Position numbers and translations under genes: made by a program. Positions 20,829 to 31,397 of a stretch of DNA of 64,000 bases are shown one piece after another. The notes beneath the pieces are model-generated. The model worked only from the letters and a program-made list of their open reading frames with translations, made no database searches and was not told the DNA's origin. The stretch is from a virus (Duplodnaviria; Caudoviricetes), in IMG/VR virus record IMGVR_UViG_2974541498_000001, positions 64,001 through 128,000 of that record, one strand, 5' to 3'. Each line of letters opens with the position of its first letter. Position 1 is the first letter of the stretch.

Positions 20829-23800
20829 ATGGCTAAGCAAAAGGGGGATATCCGTAGACAAGCCTCTTTAGGAACAGAATTAAAAAGAAATATAAACAAT
20901 AATAATTCAACTTCTGATCTAGTATTAGCTAGAGTTTCTAAGGTAGACTATGAGAATAATAGTATTGAATATATTGTACAAACAAATGGTATGAATAACA
21001 GCTCGGGAGCTATATCCAATGGAGGCGCCAGACTTCCTGTTTCCTTTGGTGGTAAAAATGGCTATGGAAATCCTTATGGATCAGTTAATACGATTAGGGT
21101 TAATGATATTGTCTTAATTGGCTTTGTTGGGGGTAAAAAGAATTCCCCTATTGTAATAAGCAAATATTTGTCTGACGAAGATGCCTATATGCTATCCGAT
21201 TATTCAGGGGACCAATATATGGCTCCTAATGATGAAGATATGTATGATAAAACTAATTCATATAGAGATTTATATCCTGATTTAACTTACTCCTATCATA
21301 ATGGTAATGGATATTATGAGCATACTTTTAGTGGAAATAGCTTCCTAGTAATGGATGATTATGATATTAAGGGCAATTTTGTAGACTATCCAGTAGGCGA
21401 GGTTGATGCTTCTACTTACTACTCATTACGGGGAAATAAATATAAAGATGGAACAAACTTTGACACTTTAAATTATCTAGCTCCAAACATATTTTTTAAA
21501 CATCAAGGAAGCTATCTATTAGATGATAACGGAGAAGAAAAACTAGATCATCATCAAACAAATGTTTCTATATCACCCCAAGGAACGACTAGACTAACTA
21601 CTTTTCATGATGATGATAAATGGCTATCGTTGTTTTCTATAGATGGAGATAATGGGGAAATAAGTCTTACTAGAGAAAATGATAACTCTATCAATATTGG
21701 GGATACTTCTGATAGTAATGCCACATTTACAATTGATAAAGACAATAATTTAATATTATCATCAGGTAATACAAAAATGACGCTTTCTGACGGTCATCAT
21801 ATTATTGCTAGCGACTTAGATACTGATTCAGATAAAATAGATCTTTATCAATCGGCTTTAAATAACAAGAATTCAATATCTGGTATAAACAATAGTATAA
21901 ACTCTATTAATAATAATATGTCTTCTAGTTCCAGCTCATTATCTACTGTGAATGACCAAGTGAATATGTCAGCATCTTCTATTTCTCAAACAAATGCTAT
22001 AGCTAGTTCAATTTACGGGAATGCAACTACTTCTGTAAATATGTTTTCTTTAGCAAGTTCTATTGCGAATACTGAAATAGATAGTAATACTGGATTCTAC
22101 AAGGAAAATAATGGTAGCTTATCAACTCCCAAAATGGCGGCAATAAGAAACTTTAATTATATATTAACGGCTTACTCTGTTACTAGTCCAATTACTATAA
22201 AGATAGCCTTTTATGACTTAAATAAAAACTTTATAAATGAAAAAGAAGTTACAGGTAATTCAGGAGATATCTCTGTAACCGCGATTTCACCAGATAATGC
22301 TGTATATATTTCTGCAAGTGTAAGTAGTAACGCCTTTAAAGTAAAATTAGAGCAAGCAGATAAGGTTACTAGTTGGTCTCCATCAATTGTCGATTTATAT
22401 ACAAATAATAATACGGTATTAGAACTATTAAGTGCGGCTAAAATAGCACAAGCAGATACTAATGCCAAAATGTCTACGGTAACTAGCAACAATTATTTAA
22501 ATAGTCTATTACAGTATAATAATGATTCACAAATATTAGCCAGTGATAAAGATTCTTTAGCTAATTCTTGGGACTTATTCAAAGCAGATTATAAAGTAGT
22601 AGTATCCTATGCTACTAAATACTCAGTAGACTTAACAACTGCCAATAGCTACTATACCCCTTTGGAAAATTCTATTGAAAAAGATATTCTGGTTGATAGA
22701 ACGTCTAATAGCCCAGCAGGAGCTTATACAAGCAATATTAAAGGCCTTCAATCTGCACTTGATAAAGTTATACCTAATATAATTTCATCAGCCCTGAATA
22801 GTGTCATAACAGCTCAGAATACGCTTGCTACAAATACTAGCAGTTATAGAAATCTATTACTAGGAACCACTACAAATATTTCTGCAACTGGAGATCAGAA
22901 ATTATACTCCTTATCAAACGGAGCTAGTCAAATATCTGGAAGTACTATACTATCTTTTACTTTTAATACTACTGATGTTAATAGCAATTTTTCTATTAAT
23001 GAGGTTATTCTAAACAATGATGGATCTATTAATAAAGAAGTTGTTTTAATTGATAATCTTCCAAACAATATGACTAATAATGTTGTTTCTAGCTTTATAC
23101 AGCCTATTGTGCCTACTTTAAATCAAAAGGCGGACATTTATATAAGGTTCTCTTCTTATAGGCAACCTGTTCAAATTTCTAATATGATTATGGCAACATC
23201 AAATAATACTAAAGTAACATGGGTTGCGGCTCCTGAAGATATTTCTAGCACTACTACAGACAAACTAGCTACCTTTAAAATTACCGATGACCAAATTACT
23301 AGCGCTGTATTTGACCATCTTCTAGAACAGTCTGATGTATTTACACAAACGGCTGAAAAGGCTCAAATCGCCGTCACCCAAGGAGATGTTTCTGCGGGAT
23401 TATCAATTGAAGCAGGTAAGATGGTTTGGTTTGGTAAAGAAATAGATATTTTGGGAGATATTGTTGATAACAATAAAATAACAGGAGCTCAATTTGTAGA
23501 TACTTCTTGGTCTTCTACTACTGGAAACTTTAGTATTACTAATACTGGGGTAACTACTGGCATGTCGTTAAATAGTTCAACAATAACTAACACAACTTTT
23601 AACTTATCTGCATCTGGGGAAATAATTGGCAACTATAGCATAGCAGATAGTACTACTTCTAATATTCCTATTAAGTCTTCCGGTAAGTCAATAGAAGATA
23701 ACTCTGGTATTAAATCTTCTGGCAGTAAACAATCATATATTAATGGATCATGGTCTGGATATGATGATAGTTTAAACTTATCAAGTTCCGTTAGCAACAA

Positions 23801-24338
23801 GGAAGTATCCAATATTTCTCCTAGCTATTTAGAATATAAAATACTAAATACCTCGGGCAACAATTTGATGGATACCAAAGTATCTAGTGATGGTGTATAT
23901 TTAAGTGATATTAGTAATTCTATTAAATATACCAGTAAAGGGATATCTGCAAATAAGACATTATCAATAGAGTCTCCTGCTATTTCTAGCAAGGGAATAT
24001 ATAATAATACTTCTAGTGCTTCTGCAAACTTAACTATAGATGATTCTGGAATAATTCATAGAGTATCATCTTCTGAAAAGTATAAAAAGAATATTTCACC
24101 AATTGATGATATAATAGATAAAGGTAAAGCACTATTAACTATTACACCTAAGAAATGGCAAGATAAAAATAATGATAAAGATACCCAAGTAGGATTGATT
24201 GCCGAGGACTTAGAAAAAGTAGGATTATCTGATTTCTTATTTTATAAAGATGGTAAACCCGAAGGAATTCAATATGACCGACTATTCATTCTTTTAATGC
24301 CATTAATCAAAAATATTTTGGAGGAAAACAATGGATAA
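20829..24338 (+). CDS. central spike / tail fibre protein with C-terminal intramolecular chaperone (S74-like)
   Basis: N-terminal LARV.KVDY OB-fold-like region; C-terminal SSEKYKKNI...GLIAEDL...GIQYDRL. Confidence 0.8.
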   Translation: MAKQKGDIRRQASLGTELKRNINNNNSTSDLVLARVSKVDYENNSIEYIVQTNGMNNSSGAISNGGARLPVSFGGKNGYGNPYGSVNTIRVNDIVLIGFVGGKKNSPIVISKYLSDEDAYMLSDYSGDQYMAPNDEDMYDKTNSYRDLYPDLTYSYHNGNGYYEHTFSGNSFLVMDDYDIKGNFVDYPVGEVDASTYYSLRGNKYKDGTNFDTLNYLAPNIFFKHQGSYLLDDNGEEKLDHHQTNVSISPQGTTRLTTFHDDDKWLSLFSIDGDNGEISLTRENDNSINIGDTSDSNATFTIDKDNNLILSSGNTKMTLSDGHHIIASDLDTDSDKIDLYQSALNNKNSISGINNSINSINNNMSSSSSSLSTVNDQVNMSASSISQTNAIASSIYGNATTSVNMFSLASSIANTEIDSNTGFYKENNGSLSTPKMAAIRNFNYILTAYSVTSPITIKIAFYDLNKNFINEKEVTGNSGDISVTAISPDNAVYISASVSSNAFKVKLEQADKVTSWSPSIVDLYTNNNTVLELLSAAKIAQADTNAKMSTVTSNNYLNSLLQYNNDSQILASDKDSLANSWDLFKADYKVVVSYATKYSVDLTTANSYYTPLENSIEKDILVDRTSNSPAGAYTSNIKGLQSALDKVIPNIISSALNSVITAQNTLATNTSSYRNLLLGTTTNISATGDQKLYSLSNGASQISGSTILSFTFNTTDVNSNFSINEVILNNDGSINKEVVLIDNLPNNMTNNVVSSFIQPIVPTLNQKADIYIRFSSYRQPVQISNMIMATSNNTKVTWVAAPEDISSTTTDKLATFKITDDQITSAVFDHLLEQSDVFTQTAEKAQIAVTQGDVSAGLSIEAGKMVWFGKEIDILGDIVDNNKITGAQFVDTSWSSTTGNFSITNTGVTTGMSLNSSTITNTTFNLSASGEIIGNYSIADSTTSNIPIKSSGKSIEDNSGIKSSGSKQSYINGSWSGYDDSLNLSSSVSNKEVSNISPSYLEYKILNTSGNNLMDTKVSSDGVYLSDISNSIKYTSKGISANKTLSIESPAISSKGIYNNTSSASANLTIDDSGIIHRVSSSEKYKKNISPIDDIIDKGKALLTITPKKWQDKNNDKDTQVGLIAEDLEKVGLSDFLFYKDGKPEGIQYDRLFILLMPLIKNILEENNG

Positions 24339-24486
24339 AATACAAATAGATATAAATGATGTATTTAATTATTATTTAGATGAACTTTCTAAAAAGGATA
24401 AGAAGATAATTATGTTGATTTCAGAAAATAAAGCATTGGCTAAAAAGATACAAGAAAGAGAAAACAAAAATAAGCCTACTAAGTAG
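24331..24486 (+). CDS. small coiled-coil protein (51 aa, MDKIQIDINDV...)
   Basis: not in ORF track; GGAGG RBS; typical small gene after S74-containing fibres. Confidence 0.7.
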   Translation: MDKIQIDINDVFNYYLDELSKKDKKIIMLISENKALAKKIQERENKNKPTK

Positions 24487-24495
24487 GCTTTTTTC
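24471..24495 (+). terminator. rho-independent terminator
   Basis: AAGCCTAC-taa-GTAGGCTTTTT. Confidence 0.8.
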
Positions 24496-24534
24496 ATATT
24501 CAAGTTAAATTATAGATAGAAGGAAGGTTTTATA

Positions 24535-25134
24535 TTGAATTCGAGATATTCAGGAACTAGAAAAACTAGTGTAGGTAGCGGATTAGTTGCCTTTCAATGG
24601 GGAAGCAAGTATGTTCAACTTGCTATTAATCCACAACAGTATGAATATAGTTCTCCTCAACGTACTTCGACATTTAAAACACAATCAAACGTTGTTGTTG
24701 AAAACTTTGGGCAAGATCTCAGGACTATAACTTTTAGTGGAAATACTGGTGCTAAAGAACAAGGATCAGGAACATCCAGAATGAATGGTGAGCAAAGATT
24801 TCAAGCATTAAAGGATATAATAGTTGGGTATCAGCAAGCCAGTGATAATGGGAATGTGCCAGCAGATGAGCTTATATTCTATAACAATATGGATATAAAC
24901 CAACCAAGCTATACGGTAAATATTGCTCCACAAGGATTCCAATATAGCCGGGATAGTGACAACCCTTTACTATATAATTATGCAGTATCCTTACTAGTTA
25001 TAAAGCCTGCAAGCATTCCTCAAAGCAAAGTTAATGACCGGCAAGGGACTTCTGGGGGTAATGAAACTTCTCAGGCAGAACAAGAAGCTCAAAATAGTGG
25101 TAAAAAGGCTGGAACTATTGTAGGGGGTAAATAG
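24535..25134 (+). CDS. baseplate/tube-initiator protein
   Basis: INPQ.Y....PQRT..FKT......E.FG....I.FSG.TG motif; synteny. Confidence 0.75.
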   Translation: MNSRYSGTRKTSVGSGLVAFQWGSKYVQLAINPQQYEYSSPQRTSTFKTQSNVVVENFGQDLRTITFSGNTGAKEQGSGTSRMNGEQRFQALKDIIVGYQQASDNGNVPADELIFYNNMDINQPSYTVNIAPQGFQYSRDSDNPLLYNYAVSLLVIKPASIPQSKVNDRQGTSGGNETSQAEQEAQNSGKKAGTIVGGK

Positions 25135-25136
25135 AA

Positions 25137-25700
25137 ATGTCCTATATTGTGGGAATAACAGATCAGTCTGCGGAATTAATGCGATTCCTTTATTCCATAA
25201 AAATAACAAATAATCAATTAGTTAAAAACTTACTTGATGAAAAGGTTTCCTTTATATCAAGATTTTATACTCCAAATATAGATGTTACTAATTTATCCGG
25301 TAAGGTTGCGACACTTATTCAAGAATCTGATGCTGATTGGGTTAATAACATTAATTCTATTGATGAAAAATCCTTAGTATATTTACTAGATCAGTCAGAT
25401 ATAAAGAACAATCATAACGACCTATATAGTATTTTCCAAACAGTTATATTAGATGCTTTTAGCATTGGTTATGCGCAAGGATATGATAATTCTTTATATA
25501 CCTATTTAAGTACAGATGAGATAGATAGCTTACTAGTAAATATATCTTATTTAATAGACGCTTTAGAAAACATAAATATTTCCCAATATTCAGACATAAT
25601 TCTTAGTTCAACTGATTTATACAATAATATATGTTCGGTTAAATCAAATTTATCTTATCTACAGAATCAGCAAGAAATTGATAGCCAAACAATTATATAG
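25137..25700 (+). CDS. conserved baseplate-region protein
   Basis: L.RFL...FISRFYTP motif; synteny. Confidence 0.65.
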   Translation: MSYIVGITDQSAELMRFLYSIKITNNQLVKNLLDEKVSFISRFYTPNIDVTNLSGKVATLIQESDADWVNNINSIDEKSLVYLLDQSDIKNNHNDLYSIFQTVILDAFSIGYAQGYDNSLYTYLSTDEIDSLLVNISYLIDALENINISQYSDIILSSTDLYNNICSVKSNLSYLQNQQEIDSQTII

Positions 25701-25716
25701 AGAGGAATGGTAGTGA

Positions 25717-26406
25717 ATGGCTAGATACCTAAAATATACAGTTCGAGAAGGTGACACTCTTCAAAGCATTTCTCAAAGCACAACGGAGGATATCAACAAT
25801 TGGATAACCATTGCAGAATACAATAATCTAGAATATCCCTATATTGTAGAAACTCCAAAGGAAAAAGTTGCAAATGTTTCTCACCTAGTCACATGGGGTG
25901 ATGAAATTATTCTTCCTTTTCCTATAGAATCATTAGAACTATCAGCATTAAATATAAACAGACAGGATAAAGATGAAATTGAAAATATTGCGCTTGGAAC
26001 AGACCTTAATGTAAATATTATTGGTGAAGGTTCTTGGGATGGCATCTATAGATTATCTAGTAATGGTCATGGGGATATTGAAATATCTTCTGGTATGGAT
26101 AACATAAAGCAAGCAGTATTAAATAGACTGCTAACTGGTAAGGGAAGCTTAGAAGGACATCCTGATTTTGGATCTAATCTAGAACGAGATATTGGGTTGC
26201 ATACAAGTAATACCCTTCAAATGATTAATAACGATATTAGTAAAGCAATTTTATCAGATTCAAGAATAACAGCAGTTAACGTGTCTAATAGTTCTATACT
26301 AGGAGATACGTATAATGGAAAATGGCAAGTAACTGTAGAAGGACTCGACACTGCCTTTGAATGGGTGTTTTCTAGAGATTCTTCCGGAAACTTTACATTA
26401 GAATAG
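25717..26406 (+). CDS. baseplate wedge protein (LysM + gp25-like)
   Basis: YTVREGDTLQSIS LysM; G.DNIKQA...RL.T.KGSL..HP.FGS. Confidence 0.88.
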   Translation: MARYLKYTVREGDTLQSISQSTTEDINNWITIAEYNNLEYPYIVETPKEKVANVSHLVTWGDEIILPFPIESLELSALNINRQDKDEIENIALGTDLNVNIIGEGSWDGIYRLSSNGHGDIEISSGMDNIKQAVLNRLLTGKGSLEGHPDFGSNLERDIGLHTSNTLQMINNDISKAILSDSRITAVNVSNSSILGDTYNGKWQVTVEGLDTAFEWVFSRDSSGNFTLE

Positions 26407-26412
26407 AAAGAA

Positions 26413-28062
26413 GTGATTATTATCAAAATAAAAAGTTTATCTGAAATCGTTAGCAATCTAATAAATACTACTACTAGTTTAACTTCTGAATTGACAGACT
26501 TCACATTAGGATCATCAATCATTAGAAGTATTTATGAAGCCTTTGCTATGCAACTTCAAGAATATTATGTATTAACTCGTCAAAATATTATAGGGGGTAT
26601 AGAAGAAGGAGTTCAGAATGGCTTTGGATTTGAAAGAAGAAAAGCTACACAAGCCTTTGGGGATTTATTAATAACCTTTAGCTCTTCTACAGTATCAGAT
26701 ACAATAATTCCACAGGGTACTACCTTTACGTCAAATATTCAAGGTTATAATTATAGTTATGAAACTATTGAGCCTTACTTCGTGCCCTCTGGTTCTATTG
26801 ATGCAAAAGTTACGGTATATTGTAATACCGTTGGAGTAGCTGGTAATGTTCCGGCTAATGTTATTAATGCTGTTCAAAATTCTATTGGAAATGTAGCTAC
26901 CATTACTAATCCTGAAGAAATAATAACGGGGCAAGATGAGGAAAGTGAGTCTGATTTTAAGAACAGATTTAACCAATATATAACAGCTATTGGTAGATCA
27001 ACTGTTCAATCAATAGAGTACGCTACTCGAAAAGTTCAAAATATAACAGGAGTATATGTAGATGATAGTGAAACCGGACTAATAAAGATATATTGTCATG
27101 ATGCAAACGGTAATCTAGAAGAAAATGATTATGATAAAGTTGTTTATGCTATTTCAAATGAAAATGATGAGTATAATCCAGCAGGGATTGCTTGGGAAGT
27201 TCTTCCTGTAGATAAAGTATTGGCTAATATGGACATTAATGTCTATATAAAGGATTTTAACAAGTTAACAGAAACTGTTCAAAATAGTATAGAGAACATT
27301 GTCAATTCCTACTTAAATACTAAAGTTGTTGGAAGCGATGTTTCCTTATCTCAAATATCAAGATTAATTATGAACTTTGACCCATATCTAATAACTGACG
27401 TATCTGTAGAAATTCCTATTACTGACGATATGGATAGTCAAATTACTAGTGCTAGTTCTGACGTATCTAGCGTTAGTCAAGAACGATCAACAGTTTCCGG
27501 TTTAGTTTCTTCTGCACAATATGATAATTCATATACAGCAACGGATATGATTAATTATGGAAATGACTATTTAATCACTGTTAATGAAAAGGCAGAGATT
27601 AATAAACAATTAGTATCAATTAACTCTAATTATACTACAGACTCGTCATTAGCTGATAAATATTTTGTAAATAAATTTAGCTACTCCCAAGCGTATAACA
27701 ATATTGTTTCATTGCTAACTAATATATTGCCTACAGATAATAAGCCTTTCCAGATTGATTATACATCTTATCGGGAGACTATTATGAATTATTATGCTTC
27801 CAGAGTTACCCTTCTAAATAATATACAAGATAGTGTTTCAAACAAGCTAACTACTTTACAGCAATCTCTAGTATCTTTAAACCAAGAGGCATATAAACAA
27901 CAACACTCCAATATTCCTATTGGGCCGAGTCAAGTTGCTCGTCCAGGGGATGATGTTAACGTATTTTATTATAATACACAAGATGCTGAGCAAACTACTG
28001 TTACGAAGTATATAGATCAGCATACTACTGAGATGACTACAATTAATGATAGTCAGGAATAG
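26413..28062 (+). CDS. baseplate J-like protein with C-terminal insertion
   Basis: TDFT.GS.IRSIYEA, G..GNVPAN.I, G.DEES...F..RF motifs. Confidence 0.88.
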   Translation: MIIIKIKSLSEIVSNLINTTTSLTSELTDFTLGSSIIRSIYEAFAMQLQEYYVLTRQNIIGGIEEGVQNGFGFERRKATQAFGDLLITFSSSTVSDTIIPQGTTFTSNIQGYNYSYETIEPYFVPSGSIDAKVTVYCNTVGVAGNVPANVINAVQNSIGNVATITNPEEIITGQDEESESDFKNRFNQYITAIGRSTVQSIEYATRKVQNITGVYVDDSETGLIKIYCHDANGNLEENDYDKVVYAISNENDEYNPAGIAWEVLPVDKVLANMDINVYIKDFNKLTETVQNSIENIVNSYLNTKVVGSDVSLSQISRLIMNFDPYLITDVSVEIPITDDMDSQITSASSDVSSVSQERSTVSGLVSSAQYDNSYTATDMINYGNDYLITVNEKAEINKQLVSINSNYTTDSSLADKYFVNKFSYSQAYNNIVSLLTNILPTDNKPFQIDYTSYRETIMNYYASRVTLLNNIQDSVSNKLTTLQQSLVSLNQEAYKQQHSNIPIGPSQVARPGDDVNVFYYNTQDAEQTTVTKYIDQHTTEMTTINDSQE

Positions 28063-28071
28063 GAGGGAAAA

Positions 28072-30720
28072 ATGAACTTTAAAAGACTCTTACATCCAAA
28101 CTTAAAAAAAGGATATGTTGAAGACTTCAATACCAGCTCGGCAAATTATGCTTTTTTCTCAGCAATTGAAGATATCCTAAGCTCTACTGAAAAAGATACG
28201 ATTGATAGTAAAGTAGAGAGTTATTTAAACAGTGCTGATGGAGAATTCCTCGATGAGTGGGGAAGCTGGTTTGGTGTAGCTAGAAAAGATAATCAAAGTG
28301 ATGACGATTATCGGAAATGGATAATTACGTATGCAACATTGAAGCGTGGCACAAAAAAAGCCATAATTGATGCCATTAAAATGTATCTGGATATGTCGGA
28401 TGCTACAATATCTGTATATGAACCCTATAAGAATGTATTTCAACTAGATAAATCAAAACTAGATGGACTAGATCATCTATCAGGAGACTATTATAGATGG
28501 GGAATTATTAACATATATGTAGATAGACCAGTACCAGAATCAATATACCAGATAATTAGAGACTTTAAACCAGCAGGAGTTAACTTTTTTATCACTGTAG
28601 ATACTTCAACTAATAAAAATAATAAAGCATTAGCTATAACTACTGGAATTAAGGAATTCAATTCCGTAGAAGAAGCTTATATTGGTTTCTCTAAAAGTCA
28701 AAGCTACTATTTGGATTTAGGTGGTAGAAATAATAAGCAGGAACTTAAAAATCCCTTTATTCTAGATAAATCAAAACTAGATAGTACGGATGTTTTAGCT
28801 GGGGGATATAATGATGATATTAATTATGATGATATTCCTTCAAATTATAATAAGGCATTCATTTATGGGGTTTCTTATATCGGATCTGATGATGTATTTT
28901 CAGGTAATGATTGGAATTATCAAACTAATTCCTATGGATACAATGATGATCTTTGGAATTCAGCTACAGTCTTTGATAAAAGTTATTTCACTTCGGATAA
29001 ATACTCAGATTTAGACGGGTACACTAGAGCAAATTATTCTAGTCAAATAATAAAATTAGACTACTCTGGAATGCTATCACAAAATATTAATGGGAATAAT
29101 AGAGTATACGGTAGTGTACTATATGGGGATAATAACATAAGCACTATTAGTTATGATCCTAATAACTTAGTATCCCCAGATAAAGCCGTACCAGTAATTA
29201 CAAAGACGGATAAATATTACACCTATTCATTAGAGTATAATTCTATAGATAGCTCATATAATTCTATCCCGGATAAACTAAATATATTAATATCAGCAAG
29301 TAGTTTAAATTCTAACTCCAGCTACCAAGTAGATCTACTAGATAAATATGGTGTTCCTTTAAAAACTCAAATAATTAATATATCTGGTAATTCTAGCATA
29401 AATAAAATAGTTTTTGATAATGAAATAAAAACAGAACCAGCCAATCCTTTCACCATCAGTAAATCTAAAGTAAGTGAAGGAGTTATTGGAGTAACACCAA
29501 ATTTAATGAAAGCTGTTAAGCTGGTAAGAATTTATTGTGGTATACGAGGAGATAGCCTGAATAATAACATATCTTTTGGTGTACCATCTGCTACTATTTT
29601 TGATACGGATACTTGGCTACCTTTTAGTGGGGATAAGAATCAATTCCCAGTAATATTGGATGAGAACCTACAGAATCTGTCTAAGAAAGATGATAACCAA
29701 TTAACAATAAATCCTGTTGCTAATTATAATGTTTCCACCAATTCTTATACGAACGTTTCTCCAGCAAGTTTAAAAATAACTTTTAACCTAATAAACGATC
29801 TATATTCTAAGTATCTAAACTTCTGGGATTCTCAAGGAGTAATAGATAAAAAGGATATAATTAGTAAACTATTGCCAGCAATTAAAGGGATCAGTTTGGC
29901 ATTTGCTGGGGACTTAACTCATGCAAATATTAGTTATTCAAAAGGAGGAAACCTAACCCCTATTTCAGATAATTCAATATCTAATGATATAATTACTATA
30001 GATCCGAATTATATTGATGATGATGGAAATATCGTAATTGTAATATCAGGTAAAACAAATAGTGACAAAATAAATGTAGATTTTATTAGATTTTATTATT
30101 CTCTAAATGATAAAGCAATTCCAACATTTTCTCCAAACAAAGAAATGGGTAAGCCTTATCTTAAGTTCTTTGGTAAAGGAATAGACTATTCTTTCTATGA
30201 CGCACTTACTATGGGAAGCAATAATATTTATGTAAATTCTGATATTAAAGATAATAGTATTATTATTGCTATAAATGCAAGAAAACAATTAGAATACAGA
30301 TATGGTATAGATGAAAAGGATATAACTTCGTTTTTAAACAATAGTAATTCAAGTATACTATTAGAAATGTTAGCTGAAAACGCTGGAAATGCTAATTTAT
30401 CAATTGCTAATCTAAATACCGGAAATCCAGATTCTATTGGGAATGTTTCTTTTTCAAACGACTTTAGCTACGTTAATATTTCTAATAACCTAAATGATTT
30501 TGAAAACTATGTATCCAATTCTGGATTCATTTTCCTTTCAATAAATCCAGATACTGATTTAGGAGAAATACGAATTAAAAACTTGTATATTTTTGGAAAG
30601 TATCCAACAGCTCATTTAAGTACCCGTATAAAGACTGGTATCAGTATGGATATTACCGTTTTTGATTCCTATAGTAGTGCCGTTGATAAGGCAGTTGTAG
30701 ACAAAAGCAAGGTAAAATAA
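28072..30720 (+). CDS. baseplate wedge/tail protein
   Basis: A.GEFLDEWG.WFGV.RK....D..YR..II and FKPAGV motifs. Confidence 0.8.
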   Translation: MNFKRLLHPNLKKGYVEDFNTSSANYAFFSAIEDILSSTEKDTIDSKVESYLNSADGEFLDEWGSWFGVARKDNQSDDDYRKWIITYATLKRGTKKAIIDAIKMYLDMSDATISVYEPYKNVFQLDKSKLDGLDHLSGDYYRWGIINIYVDRPVPESIYQIIRDFKPAGVNFFITVDTSTNKNNKALAITTGIKEFNSVEEAYIGFSKSQSYYLDLGGRNNKQELKNPFILDKSKLDSTDVLAGGYNDDINYDDIPSNYNKAFIYGVSYIGSDDVFSGNDWNYQTNSYGYNDDLWNSATVFDKSYFTSDKYSDLDGYTRANYSSQIIKLDYSGMLSQNINGNNRVYGSVLYGDNNISTISYDPNNLVSPDKAVPVITKTDKYYTYSLEYNSIDSSYNSIPDKLNILISASSLNSNSSYQVDLLDKYGVPLKTQIINISGNSSINKIVFDNEIKTEPANPFTISKSKVSEGVIGVTPNLMKAVKLVRIYCGIRGDSLNNNISFGVPSATIFDTDTWLPFSGDKNQFPVILDENLQNLSKKDDNQLTINPVANYNVSTNSYTNVSPASLKITFNLINDLYSKYLNFWDSQGVIDKKDIISKLLPAIKGISLAFAGDLTHANISYSKGGNLTPISDNSISNDIITIDPNYIDDDGNIVIVISGKTNSDKINVDFIRFYYSLNDKAIPTFSPNKEMGKPYLKFFGKGIDYSFYDALTMGSNNIYVNSDIKDNSIIIAINARKQLEYRYGIDEKDITSFLNNSNSSILLEMLAENAGNANLSIANLNTGNPDSIGNVSFSNDFSYVNISNNLNDFENYVSNSGFIFLSINPDTDLGEIRIKNLYIFGKYPTAHLSTRIKTGISMDITVFDSYSSAVDKAVVDKSKVK

Positions 30721-30756
30721 GTGGACTAAATTATAGTAAGAAAGAAGGAAGAAATA

Positions 30757-31371
30757 GTGGCCTACGAAACCCCTACACCAGCAATTAATAGTAATGCGTT
30801 AGTTTTTCATGCTATTAATTACTTTAATAATCTAAATAACTGCTATATAGTAATTGGTAAAACAAGCTCTTGGCCGGTTGATGCTCAGCCTCCTGTTCCT
30901 GTTGATGGAGATAATGTCACGGAAGTTGCAGGATACTTTAAGCCAACTTGTTATCTTTGCTATAAAACAACCGCAGATAAAAAAGATGATTCAACATTAT
31001 CTTATGGAAATGACTTTTATCAGCCGGTTTCCTTAGCAGATGCTTATAGTAAAAAGGCTTCTTATGTATATTATACCGTAACAATAAAACCAGATGATAT
31101 TTCAAATGTTAATACATTCAGACAAGTAGGTCTTAACTTTGGGGTAACTCTTAAATCTGGGGTATCTGGGGTAATTTTGACTCCAAGCAATGTAGATAAT
31201 TCTGGATATACTCATTTTATTCTTAACAGTCAACCATTCATTGTTACTAATAATAGAAGCATTAAAATTAATATGCTCATTTCAGAAGAAAAGGATATTA
31301 GTGGATCTAATGTAGATACTGACGTTACCTCAGAAATAACAACAGTTTTGCCTACTACTGTAAATCAATAA
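30757..31371 (+). CDS. baseplate structural protein
   Basis: IGKTSSW.....PP.P and FRQVG motifs; C-terminal TTVLPTTV extension. Confidence 0.78.
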   Translation: MAYETPTPAINSNALVFHAINYFNNLNNCYIVIGKTSSWPVDAQPPVPVDGDNVTEVAGYFKPTCYLCYKTTADKKDDSTLSYGNDFYQPVSLADAYSKKASYVYYTVTIKPDDISNVNTFRQVGLNFGVTLKSGVSGVILTPSNVDNSGYTHFILNSQPFIVTNNRSIKINMLISEEKDISGSNVDTDVTSEITTVLPTTVNQ

Positions 31372-31397
31372 AAACATAAAAATTAGAAAGAAGTGAT

